Shown: positions 39,227-48,896, counted from the first letter of the stretch. The stretch is DNA of 64,000 nucleotides from Occultella glacieicola (GCF_004353825.1 NZ_SMNA01000007.1:248001-312000); one strand, 5' to 3'. The notes: generated by a model from the sequence alone, not told the origin. Numbers and translations: made by a program.

Positions 39227-39817
39227 ATGGCCGCGATCGGCAAACTCGAGCTGAACCGGCGCACCGTCACCATCGGTGTGTTGGTGATCGTGGTGGTGGC
39301 GGCGGTCACCGTTTTCGTGGCGATGTTGACCTCGGACCGTGGCGGCGCCGCGTCGGCGCCGACCACGACCGTCACGACCACCGGGCCGGTGCCCACCCCG
39401 CAGACCGAGCCGATCGCCCGGGACACCGCGACGGCTCTGCTCGCTGCGCTCCCGGACACCGTGCTCGGCTACGCCGTCAGCGCGCAGGTCGCCGACGAGG
39501 CGATGGTCGCCGCCGGCGCGATCGAGGGCTGGCAGCTCACCTACACCGGTGCCGACGGGGACGTCACGGTCCGGCTCGGCCAATGGGAGACCGCCGACGA
39601 GGCCGCCGCCGCGCTGCCCGGACTGGCCGCCGCGGACGGCGCCGAGGTCGTCGAGGAGGGCGAGGTCGAGGCCGCGGGTGCGCCGGCCGGGACGTTCCAG
39701 ATCCTCTCCGTCGACGGCGCCGGCCGGGCCGCGTGGACGAACGGCACCGTCGCGATCGTGGTGGACGGACCGGACGCCGACGAGGTCCGGGCCGTGTACC
39801 TGGCCTACCCGCTCTGA
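39227..39817 (+). CDS. Hypothetical membrane-anchored protein
   Basis: N-terminal TM, Thr/Pro linker, acidic domain; directly upstream of proC. Confidence 0.7.
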   Translation: MAAIGKLELNRRTVTIGVLVIVVVAAVTVFVAMLTSDRGGAASAPTTTVTTTGPVPTPQTEPIARDTATALLAALPDTVLGYAVSAQVADEAMVAAGAIEGWQLTYTGADGDVTVRLGQWETADEAAAALPGLAAADGAEVVEEGEVEAAGAPAGTFQILSVDGAGRAAWTNGTVAIVVDGPDADEVRAVYLAYPL

Positions 39818-39858
39818 CCGCGCCGTCGGCCGGTCAGCAACCAAGGAGGGACACCGAC

Positions 39859-40680
39859 GTGGCACAGCAGAACGAGACGGACGTCGCCCTGATCGGCGCC
39901 GGGGTGATGGGTGAGGCGATCCTGTCCTCCCTGGTCGGCGCCGTCGGTGCCGACCGGGTCCGGATCAGCGACGGCCGCGCCGAATACGGCGCCGCCGTGG
40001 CCCAGCGGCACGGCGTGCGCTGGTGCGCCACGAATGCCGAGGCCGTCGACGGCGTCGGTGCGGTCGTGATCGCGGTCAAGCCCAAGGACGTGGGCGGGCT
40101 CGTGGGCGGGCTCGCTGGAGTCCTGGCCGACGAGGCGCTGGTGGTCTCGGTCGCGGCCGGGATCCCGACGGCGTTCCTCGAGTCCCGGCTCGGCGCCGCC
40201 AATCCCGTGGTCCGGGTGATGCCCAACACGCCCGCCACGATCGGTCAGGGGGTCAGCGCTCTCAGCGCCGGGTCGCACGCCACCGCCGAACACCTGGAGC
40301 GCACCGAGGCCCTGCTCGCGGGCACCGGCACGGTGCTGCGCGTGGACGAGGCGTACCAGGACGTGGTCACCGGGATCTCCGGGTCAGGCCCGGCCTACGT
40401 CTTCTACCTGATCGATGCCCTCGCCGAGGCCGGCGTGGTCGGCGGGCTCAGCCGTGAGGTGGCCCTGGATCTGGCCCGTGCGACCGTCGCCGGCTCCGGT
40501 GCGATGGCCCTCGCCTCCGGTGAGCACCCGGCGATCCTGCGGGAACGGGTCTCCTCGCCTGCGGGCACCACGGTGGCGGGCGTGCGCGAACTCGACGAGC
40601 GGGGTGTGCGGGCCGCCGTCATCGCGGCCGTGGACGCCGCCCGGGCGCGCTCCGTGGAGCTCGGCCGCGACCTGACCTGA
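39859..40680 (+). CDS. proC: Pyrroline-5-carboxylate reductase
   Basis: IGAGVMG, AVKP, RVMPNTP, SGSGPAY, VSSPAGTT; AAGGAGG RBS. Confidence 0.95.
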   Translation: MAQQNETDVALIGAGVMGEAILSSLVGAVGADRVRISDGRAEYGAAVAQRHGVRWCATNAEAVDGVGAVVIAVKPKDVGGLVGGLAGVLADEALVVSVAAGIPTAFLESRLGAANPVVRVMPNTPATIGQGVSALSAGSHATAEHLERTEALLAGTGTVLRVDEAYQDVVTGISGSGPAYVFYLIDALAEAGVVGGLSREVALDLARATVAGSGAMALASGEHPAILRERVSSPAGTTVAGVRELDERGVRAAVIAAVDAARARSVELGRDLT

Positions 40681-40734
40681 CCGGCGAGCCCCGGCGGGCC
40701 CGAGGCGTACCGCCCCCTCGGGCGGCGCGATGGT

Positions 40735-40843
40735 GAGAGTGCTGAAGCGGCTGCCACAAGTGCACTCTCGCGCCGCGCTCGCGCCGGCCTCGCGCGCGGC
40801 TCGGGCCGGGAGTGTTGAAATGGCTGCCACAAGTGCACCCTCG
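40735..40843. repeat. Pair of 36-bp palindromic direct repeats (REP-like)
   Basis: 40735-40770 and 40808-40843, 31/36 identical, ends GAGAGTGC...GCACTCTC. Confidence 0.75.
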
Positions 40844-40866
40844 AGCGGTGCGGCGGCTGGAGACGC

Positions 40867-41565
40867 TCAGGGTCGCCGCGCGAACTTCTCCAGCAGCACC
40901 GTGTCCCCGGACAGGATCAGCGTGTCCGCCGCGTCGATGCGGGTGTTCTCGGTCGCGTACTCGAACGGCTGACCGGGCGGCTTCACCCCGATGACCGTGA
41001 TCCCGTACTTCTTGCGGATCTGCGACTCCCCGACCGTGAACCCGTGGGTCTCCTGCGGCGGACGCATCTTGACGATCGTGAACCCGTCCTCGAGCTCGAT
41101 GAAGTCGAGCATCCGCCCGGAGACCAGGTGCGCCACCCGGGCGCCGGCGTCGTGCTCGGGGTAGACCACGTGGTGGGCGCCGATCCGCTGCAGGATTCGG
41201 CCGTGCTCGGCCGAGATCGCCTTCGCCCAGATCAGCGGCGTACCCAGATCCACGAGGTTCGCGGTGATCAGCACACTCGCCTCGAGCGAGGTACCGACCC
41301 CGACCACCGCGATCGGGAACTCCTTGGCACCTAGCTGGATCAGCGCGTCGGCGTTCGTGGCGTCCGCCTCCACGAGGGGCAGCCGCCCGCTCCAGGTCTG
41401 GACCAGATCAGGGTCCCGCTCCACCGCGAGCACATCGCGGCCGAGCTCGTCCAGGGTCACCGCGAGCGAGGCGCCGAAGCGACCCATCCCGATCACCAGC
41501 ACCCCGGCGTCGGTGGCACCCTGCACACCCTTGGACGTGTTCCCACGTGCTCTGCTGTCAACCAA
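40867..41565 (-). CDS. trkA: Trk/Ktr potassium uptake NAD-binding subunit
   Basis: VIGMGRFG, IGAHHVVYPE, RCK_C domain; TTG start overlapping the trkH stop. Confidence 0.9.
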   Translation of the reverse strand: MVDSRARGNTSKGVQGATDAGVLVIGMGRFGASLAVTLDELGRDVLAVERDPDLVQTWSGRLPLVEADATNADALIQLGAKEFPIAVVGVGTSLEASVLITANLVDLGTPLIWAKAISAEHGRILQRIGAHHVVYPEHDAGARVAHLVSGRMLDFIELEDGFTIVKMRPPQETHGFTVGESQIRKKYGITVIGVKPPGQPFEYATENTRIDAADTLILSGDTVLLEKFARRP

Positions 41566-42934
41566 TGATCGGCCTCTCCTCGGGCATCCGGATGACCCGG
41601 CGTCGTTCACGCAGGGCCAGCGCGGCGGCAAGTGTCATTGTCCCGGTGCGGCCCGCGAACATCAGCACGACCAGCACGTAGTGCGAGGACGTGGGCAGGT
41701 CCGCCGTGATCCCGGTGCTCAGTCCGCAGGTCGCGAACGCCGAGATCACCTCGAACAGGATCACGTCCAGGTGCAGGTCCGTCTGCACCAGCAGGGCCAG
41801 GGTGGCCAGGCCCACGAACGTGGCGCCGATGAACGAGACCGCGATGGCGAGCCGCACGATCGTCAGCTCGATCCGGCGCCCGAACGCCTCGATGTCGCGG
41901 TCGCCACGGGCCTCGGCGACGATGGCGAGCAGCATCACGGCGAACGTGCCCACCTTGATCCCACCGCCCGTGGACGCACTGCCGCCGCCGACGAACATCA
42001 ACGCGTCCTGCATGAACCAGGTGGCCTCGCTCATCTGACCGACGTCCACCGTGGAGAACCCGCTCGAGCGCGGCGTCATCCCAGCGGTCAGGGCGCCGAG
42101 GATCCGGTCGGCGACCGGCAGCTTCCCCAAGGTCGCCGGGTTGGTCCACTCGAAGGCGCCGATGAGCAGGGCGCCGAGCGCGAACAGTCCGGCGCTGGTG
42201 ATCAGGGTGAGCTTGGCGTGCAGGGTCCACCGACGCGGCTGGCGCAGGTTCGTGGCCACCGACAGGATCACCGGGAACCCGAGCGCCCCGATGAAGGTGC
42301 CGACGATGATCGGCAGGCACATCCACCAGTCGCCGACGTAGTCGTACAGGCCGCCGGGGATGATCCCGATGCCGGCGTTGTTGAAGATCGAGACCGCCAG
42401 GAACCACCCGTTCCAGGCCGCGGAGCCGAGACCCTGCCCCATCGCCAGGAACCGGGGGATGAGCACGAGCGCGAGCACGGCGGTCAGGCTCAGGGAGGCG
42501 ACGATCACCGCCCGGATCAGGGTTCCGACCTCCCCGAGCCTGGTGGTCTTGGTCTCCTGGGCGGCGAGCATCCGCTGGGTCAGCCCGATCCGGCGGGACA
42601 CGGCGAGCCCGAGGATCGAGGCGAGCGTCATGACGCCGAGCCCGCCGACCATGATCGCGAACATGATCACCACGTGGCCGAAGGTGGACCAGTACGTGGC
42701 CACGTCCACGATCGTCAGGCCGGTGACGCAGACCGCCGAGGTGGCCATGAACAACGCGTCCATGAACGGCGCGGACTCGCCGGACGTGGTGGCGATCGGA
42801 AGGGACAGCAGGGCGGTGACGACCGCGATCACCCCGACGAAGACCATCAGCGTCAACCGTGCGGGCGAGCGCCGGGCGATGGCGTCGACGGCGTCGCGTC
42901 CGGCGCGCAGGAACGCCGGGATCTCTCGCGCCAC
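41558..42934 (-). CDS. trkH: Trk/Ktr potassium uptake membrane subunit
   Basis: SAVCVTGL, FNNAG, PRSSGF, STGGGIK, SAFATCGLS pore loops. Confidence 0.92.
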   Translation of the reverse strand: MAREIPAFLRAGRDAVDAIARRSPARLTLMVFVGVIAVVTALLSLPIATTSGESAPFMDALFMATSAVCVTGLTIVDVATYWSTFGHVVIMFAIMVGGLGVMTLASILGLAVSRRIGLTQRMLAAQETKTTRLGEVGTLIRAVIVASLSLTAVLALVLIPRFLAMGQGLGSAAWNGWFLAVSIFNNAGIGIIPGGLYDYVGDWWMCLPIIVGTFIGALGFPVILSVATNLRQPRRWTLHAKLTLITSAGLFALGALLIGAFEWTNPATLGKLPVADRILGALTAGMTPRSSGFSTVDVGQMSEATWFMQDALMFVGGGSASTGGGIKVGTFAVMLLAIVAEARGDRDIEAFGRRIELTIVRLAIAVSFIGATFVGLATLALLVQTDLHLDVILFEVISAFATCGLSTGITADLPTSSHYVLVVLMFAGRTGTMTLAAALALRERRRVIRMPEERPIIG

Positions 42935-43011
42935 CTGCTCTCCTCACCGCTGCGCCGACGGACCGGACCCTACTGTGCCACCAATGGCCCGGCGTGGCGT
43001 TACGGTGAGGC

Positions 43012-44199
43012 ATGACCACGCCGCCCGCGTCCGTCGCGCTCGCTTGGAGCCCGGACCTGCTGGGGTACGACTTCGGTGTGGGGCATCCGATGGCACCCGC
43101 CCGGTTGCGGCTCACGATGGACCTGATCCGGGCACTCGGCCTGCTGGACGCGCCCGGGGTGCGGGTGCTCGAGACCGGCGAGGCCGGGGACGACCTGATC
43201 GCGACGGTGCACGACCGGGACTTCATCGCCGCGGTCCGGGCCGGTGGAGACGGGCTGCCGGACCCGGTCCGGGGCCTCGGCACCACGGACAACCCGGTGT
43301 TCCCGAGGGTGCACGAGGCGTCCGCACGGATCGTCGGGGCCACGGTCGCCGGCGCGGAGGAGGTCTGGTCCGGCCGCTCCCGGCACGCGGTCAGCCTCGC
43401 CGGTGGCATGCACCATGCGATGTCCGCGGCGGCATCCGGATTCTGCATCTACAACGACGTCGCGGCCGCGATCGGCTGGCTGCTGGCACACGGCTGCGAG
43501 CGGGTGCTGTACGTGGATATCGACGCCCACCACGGCGACGGCGTGGAGCGGGCGTTCTGGGACGATCCGCGGGTGGTCACCGTCTCGGTGCATCAGAGCG
43601 GCGAGTCGCTGTTCCCCGGCACCGGGTTCGCGCAGGACGTCGGCGGCCCGAACGCACGCGGGTCCGCGGTGAACGTGCCGTTGCCCGCGCACACCCCGGA
43701 CGTGCCCTGGCTGCGTGCCATCGAGGCGGTGGTGGGCCCGATCGCCGCGGAGTTCGCCCCGCAGGTCGTGGTCAGCCAGCACGGGTGCGACACCCATCGC
43801 CGGGACCCGCTGACCACCATGGACATCTCGATGGACGGGCTGCGCGCCGCGGCAGCCCTGATCGGGGAGGTCGCCGACACCCACGCGGGCGGGCGGTGGC
43901 TCGCGACCGGGGGTGGTGGGTACGACATCCTGTCCACGGTGCCGCGGGCCTGGGCGCACCTGGTCGCGGTGAGCGCCGGGCTGGACCTGCCGGCGTCCAC
44001 GCCGGTGCCCGCGTCGTGGCGCGAGGAGGTCGCGGCGATCTCGGACCAGGACGTACCGGCGACCATGGGCGACGGCGTGGAGGTGGGCTTCCGGCCCTGG
44101 GTGGATGGTTTCGACCCCGACGACCCGGTCGACCGGGCCATCATGGCGACCCGCCGCAGCGTCTTCCCATGGCACGGTCTTGACCCGCTCACGGCGTGA
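43012..44199 (+). CDS. acuC: Zn-dependent deacetylase, AcuC/HDAC family
   Basis: HPMAPAR, GGMHHA, GFCIYND, DIDAHHGDG, GGGGY. Confidence 0.9.
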   Translation: MTTPPASVALAWSPDLLGYDFGVGHPMAPARLRLTMDLIRALGLLDAPGVRVLETGEAGDDLIATVHDRDFIAAVRAGGDGLPDPVRGLGTTDNPVFPRVHEASARIVGATVAGAEEVWSGRSRHAVSLAGGMHHAMSAAASGFCIYNDVAAAIGWLLAHGCERVLYVDIDAHHGDGVERAFWDDPRVVTVSVHQSGESLFPGTGFAQDVGGPNARGSAVNVPLPAHTPDVPWLRAIEAVVGPIAAEFAPQVVVSQHGCDTHRRDPLTTMDISMDGLRAAAALIGEVADTHAGGRWLATGGGGYDILSTVPRAWAHLVAVSAGLDLPASTPVPASWREEVAAISDQDVPATMGDGVEVGFRPWVDGFDPDDPVDRAIMATRRSVFPWHGLDPLTA

Positions 44200-44340
44200 G
44201 TTGGGGCCGTTGGATTCCCGAACCGGCCGCTGACCCCCTAGGATTTACTTCTGTGCCACGGTGGGGCCGTTCCGACGCGCCACCGCCCGGCACCACATGA
44301 CAGTGGGTGTGTCCGCCGACGGACACCGCGATCGGGAGAG

Positions 44341-44559
44341 GTGAGCGACGTGGCCGAGGCCGAGCCGCCGCGCTTCCTCACCGTGGCCGAGGTCGCCGAG
44401 CTGGCCCGGGTGTCCCGGATGACCGTGTACCGGATGGTGCACGCGGGCGAGCTCCCCGCGATCCGGGTCGGCAAGTCCTACCGGGTGCCGCAGGCGGCCG
44501 TGCAGGAGCTGCTCTCCGACGGCCTCGGTGCCTGGGAGGGGACCGGAACCGGGCGCTGA
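44341..44559 (+). CDS. Small excisionase-like HTH protein (Rv0500A-like)
   Basis: FLTVAEVAELARVSRMTVYRMVHAGELPAIRVGKSYRV. Confidence 0.9.
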   Translation: MSDVAEAEPPRFLTVAEVAELARVSRMTVYRMVHAGELPAIRVGKSYRVPQAAVQELLSDGLGAWEGTGTGR

Positions 44560-44752
44560 TCCATACCCGGTAGGATGACCCCCTGATGTAGTGCTGATGT
44601 GTGTCAGCGCGTGCGCCCCGAGAAGTTCGGGCGTCGGCCGAGCACCCGTCGTTAGTTCTCTGTTCATCCGAGTCCGCCTCGAGGTCGGGTCGGAGCCGCA
44701 CGGCTTCCGCTCGCGCTCACGGCGGGTCTCATCCCAGTCGTAGCGAGGTCCC

Positions 44753-44851
44753 ATGGGTTCAGTCATCAAGAAGCGCCGTAAGCGGATGGCGAAGAAGAAG
44801 CACCGCAAACTGCTTCGCAAGACGCGTCACCAGCGCCGCAACAAGAAGTAG
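44753..44851 (+). CDS. 30S ribosomal protein bS22 (absent from the ORF track)
   Basis: Translates to MGSVIKKRRKRMAKKKHRKLLRKTRHQRRNKK; GAGG RBS; conserved position after the HTH gene. Confidence 0.95.
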   Translation: MGSVIKKRRKRMAKKKHRKLLRKTRHQRRNKK

Positions 44852-44900
44852 CGTGCCGGGCGCCCAGCGCCCAGCAGTCGGCCGAGACCGGACCGTCCGG

Positions 44901-44932
44901 CCGGGCCCGGACATCGTGATGTCCGGTCCCGG
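44901..44932. terminator. Hairpin between convergent bS22 and HAD genes
   Basis: CCGGGCCCGGACATC-GT-GATGTCCGGTCCCGG. Confidence 0.65.
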
Positions 44933-44976
44933 ACGGGATGTCCGGTCGTCGCGGGTTCGGGCCCGACGGCGCAGGC

Positions 44977-45777
44977 TCAGGCGCGTAGGCGCCGCACCAC
45001 GGCGCGGGTCGCCACAGCGCCCACCCAGACGGCACCGGCCCAGGAGGCGGTCCGGACCCCGCGACGGACGTCCCGCCGTCGGCGGCGGAAGTCCCGTACC
45101 TGCCAGCCGCGCTCGCCGGCGACCCGCCGCAGCCGCGCGTCGGGGTTGATCGCGAACGGGTGCCCGACCAGGCTCAGCAGCGGCGCGTCGTTGACCGAGT
45201 CCCCGTATGCGGACGAGGCCGCCAGGTCGAGACCCTGCTCGTCGGCGATCCGGCGGGCGCCGTCGGCCTTGTGCTCTCCGTGCATCATGTCCCCGACCAG
45301 GCGGCCCGTGTAGAAGCCGTCCTTGGACTCGGCGACGGTGGCCAGCGCGCCGGTAGCGCCGAGCCGGCGGGCGACCAGCTCGCCGAGCTCCCTGGGTCCG
45401 GCCGTGATGATCCAGACCTGGTCCCCGGCCGCCAGGTGCGACTCGATCAGTTCCCTGGTGCCGGGAAAGACCCGGTCCGCGAGCACCTCGTCATAGACCT
45501 CGTCGGCGATGGCGGCCACCTCGGCGACCGAGTGGCCCTTGATCAGCCCGAGCGCGCGCCCCCTGAGGTCGTCGATGTGGCTGAGCCGCTCGCCGAAGGT
45601 CAGGTAGTAGACCGTGTGGACGCCGAAGAAGGCGATGTCGCGGCGGCGGAAGAAGCCGCGCTGGAACAGTCGCCGGGCCAGGTGGTATGCCGATGCGCCA
45701 CGGATGATCGTGTTGTCCACGTCGAAGAACGCGGCGGCCCCGGTGGCCTCGCGCTCGGATGGCTGGTCGGCGGACAC
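44977..45777 (-). CDS. HAD-IB family hydrolase (SerB1-like)
   Basis: FFDVDNT, AYGDSVND, INPD motifs. Confidence 0.88.
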   Translation of the reverse strand: MSADQPSEREATGAAAFFDVDNTIIRGASAYHLARRLFQRGFFRRRDIAFFGVHTVYYLTFGERLSHIDDLRGRALGLIKGHSVAEVAAIADEVYDEVLADRVFPGTRELIESHLAAGDQVWIITAGPRELGELVARRLGATGALATVAESKDGFYTGRLVGDMMHGEHKADGARRIADEQGLDLAASSAYGDSVNDAPLLSLVGHPFAINPDARLRRVAGERGWQVRDFRRRRRDVRRGVRTASWAGAVWVGAVATRAVVRRLRA

Positions 45778-45879
45778 CACCTCACTGTAGTCATGACGAG
45801 CTCGCGCCGGCCGCTGCCGGGACGACGTGCCAGCGCGTCCCGACCGCGGGCGACGGCGGCCCTCGATAGCATGTTCGGC

Positions 45880-46143
45880 ATGGCCGAGACACCCGCGACC
45901 GACGGGGCCGCACCACGGGTCACGCTGTTCAGCCGGCGGGACTGTCACCTGTGCGACACCGCTCGACGCGCGGTGCGTGCGGTCTGTGAGCCCGACGGCG
46001 TCGCCTGGGCCGAGGTGGACATCGACACCGATCCCGGGCTGCAGGACCGCTACGGCGAGCTCGTGCCGGTCGTGACGGTCGACGGGGTGCAGGTGGGCTA
46101 CTGGCGGATCGACCCGGAGCGGATCCGCTCGGCGCTGCACTGA
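45880..46143 (+). CDS. Glutaredoxin-like protein (DUF836)
   Basis: CHLC motif, VPVVTVDG; TAGCAT -10 7 nt before ATG. Confidence 0.85.
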   Translation: MAETPATDGAAPRVTLFSRRDCHLCDTARRAVRAVCEPDGVAWAEVDIDTDPGLQDRYGELVPVVTVDGVQVGYWRIDPERIRSALH

Positions 46144-46290
46144 CCCCGGTCCGGTCCGGGCCACGTGCCCGCCCATCGGTCCGGCCTCCGGCGTCGAGAT
46201 AGGACCGGACTCCTCGAGATCACCGCTGCGCAGGGGCGATCTCGAGATTGCACGTACGAGGTCACCGGCGCGGAGCCGAGCCGCGGACGA

Positions 46291-46325
46291 CGACGGAGCG
46301 CAGCCCTGGGGGCTGCGCTCCGTCG
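46291..46325 (-). terminator. Terminator hairpin after the YceI gene
   Basis: Perfect 16-bp stem CGACGGAGCGCAGCCC-TGG-GGGCTGCGCTCCGTCG. Confidence 0.75.
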
Positions 46326-46361
46326 GTGCGCTACGTGCTCCGGGGTCGAACCCGGAACGGG

Positions 46362-46916
46362 TCAGGCGTTGACCGAGGCGGTCTCCTTGACGGCCTCGAC
46401 CTCGATCGAGAGCTTGACCTTGTCGCCGACCAGCAGGCCGCCACCCTCGAGGGCGACGTTCCAGGTCAGGCCGAAGTCCTTGCGGGAGATCTCGGTGACG
46501 GCGGAGAAGCCGACCTTGTCCGCCCCGTCGGCGTCCGCGAGCGCGCCGTTGAACTCGACCTCGAGGGCGACGGGCTTGGTCACGCCGTTCACGGTCAGGT
46601 CGCCGTTCACCACGAACTCCGCACCCGAGCCCTCGACGGAGCTGGACACGAAGGTCCACTCGGGCTTGTTGGCCGCATCCCAGAAGTCCGGGCTGGTCAG
46701 GTGGCCGTCGCGGCCCTCGTTGCCGGTGTGCACGGAGCCGGAGGCGATGGTGACGTTCGCGGAGGAGTCCGCGAAGTCCTCGGCGACCGTGAAGGAACCG
46801 GAGAACTCGGTGAAGCGGCCCTTGACCTTCGCGATGCCCGAGTGACGGACCTGGAAACCGACCTCGCTGTGGCTCGCGTCGATGACGTAGGTACCGGCGG
46901 GGATGACATTGCTCAT
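46362..46916 (-). CDS. YceI family isoprenoid-binding protein
   Basis: IDASHSEVGF, VKGRF, RDGHL..DFWD, GDLTVNGVT, SRKDFG. Confidence 0.92.
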   Translation of the reverse strand: MSNVIPAGTYVIDASHSEVGFQVRHSGIAKVKGRFTEFSGSFTVAEDFADSSANVTIASGSVHTGNEGRDGHLTSPDFWDAANKPEWTFVSSSVEGSGAEFVVNGDLTVNGVTKPVALEVEFNGALADADGADKVGFSAVTEISRKDFGLTWNVALEGGGLLVGDKVKLSIEVEAVKETASVNA

Positions 46917-46949
46917 GCTGGTGTACTCCTGGGTTCGGTGAGGTATTGC

Positions 46950-47008
46950 TTGAACGAGTAGTTGAACGTTGTAGTAATGAGGATGCCGGAGACCTAGGCT
47001 GATGTCAA
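46950..47008 (-). promoter_or_regulatory. YceI-gene promoter with likely MarR site
   Basis: TTGACA(47008)-N17-CATCCT on the minus strand; AT-rich TTGAACG x2 downstream of it. Confidence 0.5.
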
Positions 47009-47056
47009 GGGGCTCCACCGAACATGACCGGGGCGCACGCAGAAGGAACAGGTCGT

Positions 47057-47563
47057 ATGACACAGACGCCGATCGACACGCCGACCCAGACGCCGCCGGG
47101 CGCCGAGGTCCGTTGGCTCGATGCCGAGCAGCAGGCCGCCTGGCGGGCCCTGCTGACGGGCACCTCGGTTCTCTTCGAGGCGCTCGGCCGTGATCTTGAG
47201 CACGGCACGGGCCTGAGCCTCCACGAGTACGAGGTGCTGGTCCGGCTGTCCGAGGCACCCGGTCGGGTGCTCCGGATGTCCGTGCTCGCCGAGGAGCTCG
47301 TGCACTCCCGCTCGCGCCTGACGCACACGGTGAGCCGGATGGAACGTGACGGGCTGGTGTCCCGGTGCAGCAGCTCCCAGGACGGGCGGGGCGTTGACTG
47401 CATGCTCACCGACGCGGGCATGGCCCGGCTGGAGGAGGCCGCACCCGTGCACGTGGCCTCGGTCCGCCGTCGGCTGATCGGCGCGCTGTCGAGGGAGCAG
47501 CTCCTCGATCTCGGCGTCGCGTTCAACCAGATCGACGACGCGGTCCGGGCGCACCGGAGCTGA
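47057..47563 (+). CDS. MarR family regulator
   Basis: LSLHEYEVLVRL, RMSVLA, SRSRLTHTVSRME..GLV, DGRG. Confidence 0.9.
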   Translation: MTQTPIDTPTQTPPGAEVRWLDAEQQAAWRALLTGTSVLFEALGRDLEHGTGLSLHEYEVLVRLSEAPGRVLRMSVLAEELVHSRSRLTHTVSRMERDGLVSRCSSSQDGRGVDCMLTDAGMARLEEAAPVHVASVRRRLIGALSREQLLDLGVAFNQIDDAVRAHRS

Positions 47564-47606
47564 CCGACTGCGCGGAGCACACCGGAAACTTTGCGAGACT
47601 GGGGCC

Positions 47607-48251
47607 ATGTCGCGTACCACCGTCCACCTGCTGCGCCACGGCGAGGTCAACAACCCCGATCGGGTCCTCTACGGGCGCAAGCCGGGCTATGGGCTCTCCG
47701 AGCGTGGCCACCAGATGGCCGAGCGGATCGCGGACGTGTTCACCGTGCGGGGGGCGGACCTGGTGCACCTGGTCGCCTCGCCGCTGCAGCGTGCCCAGGA
47801 GACCGCCGCCCCGCTGGCCCGGGCGTTCGGCCTCACCGTGCGCACCGACGAACGGGTGATCGAGGCCGAGAACTACTTCGAGGGCTCGACCGTCGGCCGG
47901 AACCCGGCGCAGTTGCTCAACCCCGCGCACTGGGCGAAGCTCATCAACCCGCTGCGCCCGTCCTGGGGTGAGCCGTACACCGAGCAGGCGGCGCGGATGT
48001 TCGCGGCGATCCGGGACGCCCGGAGTGCCGCGGACGGTCACGAGGCCGTGATCGTCTCCCACCAGCTCCCGATCTGGGTGGCCCGCAGCACCATCCTCGG
48101 CAGATCGATGCTGCACGACCCCCGCCGGCGCCGACTCACGCTGGCCTCCCTGACCACGCTCACGTTCGAGCGGGGCACCCTGCTTGCGGTCGATTACACC
48201 GAGCCCTGCGCGGACCTGCTGCCCGATGCGACGACGGCGGTGCTCCCGTGA
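47607..48251 (+). CDS. Histidine phosphatase family protein (Rv0525-like)
   Basis: LRHGEV, SPLQRAQET, VSHQLPIW. Confidence 0.9.
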   Translation: MSRTTVHLLRHGEVNNPDRVLYGRKPGYGLSERGHQMAERIADVFTVRGADLVHLVASPLQRAQETAAPLARAFGLTVRTDERVIEAENYFEGSTVGRNPAQLLNPAHWAKLINPLRPSWGEPYTEQAARMFAAIRDARSAADGHEAVIVSHQLPIWVARSTILGRSMLHDPRRRRLTLASLTTLTFERGTLLAVDYTEPCADLLPDATTAVLP

Positions 48252-48868
48252 GGCGCACCCGGCCGGCCGGCCGCGGGACCCGGCGGCGTGCGCCGCTCGC
48301 CGCGGCAGCGCTGGTCGCCGCCGCGCTGATGCTCGCCGGCTGCGCCGGCGAGCCGGCGCCGTCCGGGACCGGCGAGGTGAACCAGGGGTCCTACGTCAAT
48401 GGTGACGGTTCCGTGCAGGCCTGGGCCGCGGCCGACCGCGGCGACCCGGTCGAACTCGCCGGAGTCTCCTACGCCGACGAGCCGATCGACGTGGCGGACT
48501 GGCGAGGGGACGTCGTGGTCCTGAACTTCTGGTACGCCGCCTGCCCGCCGTGCCGGGCCGAGGCGCCGGACCTGGCCGCGATCTCGACCGACTACGCCGA
48601 CCAGGGCGTGCACCTGCTCGGCGTGAACCACACCGATGACGCGGGCACTGCGCAGTCCTTCGAGCGCCGGTTCGAGTTGCCCTACCCGAGCCTCGACGAC
48701 GCCGAGGCCGCCGGGGTCGCCGCGATGCAGGGTGCGGTCCCGCTGAGCGCGATGCCGAGCACCGTGGTCCTGGACGGCGAGGGTCGGGTCGCGGCCCGGA
48801 TCATCGGGATCGCCGACCCGACCGTCCTGCGCGGGATCATCGACGACGAACTCGCCGCCGGCGCATGA
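48248..48868 (+). CDS. TlpA/ResA-type thioredoxin lipoprotein
   Basis: Lipobox LAGC, NFWYAACPPC. Confidence 0.9.
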   Translation: MRRTRPAGRGTRRRAPLAAAALVAAALMLAGCAGEPAPSGTGEVNQGSYVNGDGSVQAWAAADRGDPVELAGVSYADEPIDVADWRGDVVVLNFWYAACPPCRAEAPDLAAISTDYADQGVHLLGVNHTDDAGTAQSFERRFELPYPSLDDAEAAGVAAMQGAVPLSAMPSTVVLDGEGRVAARIIGIADPTVLRGIIDDELAAGA

Positions 48869-48896
48869 GCGCCCGGACGCGGCCGGCCGGCACGCC

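Noticed and set aside
40735..40843. CRISPR array
   Set aside because: Only two diverged repeats, no AT-rich leader and no cas genes in the window; kept as REP-like.
44341..44559. Prophage/ICE excisionase
   Set aside because: No integrase or att context; this HTH gene is a conserved chromosomal neighbour of proC and bS22.
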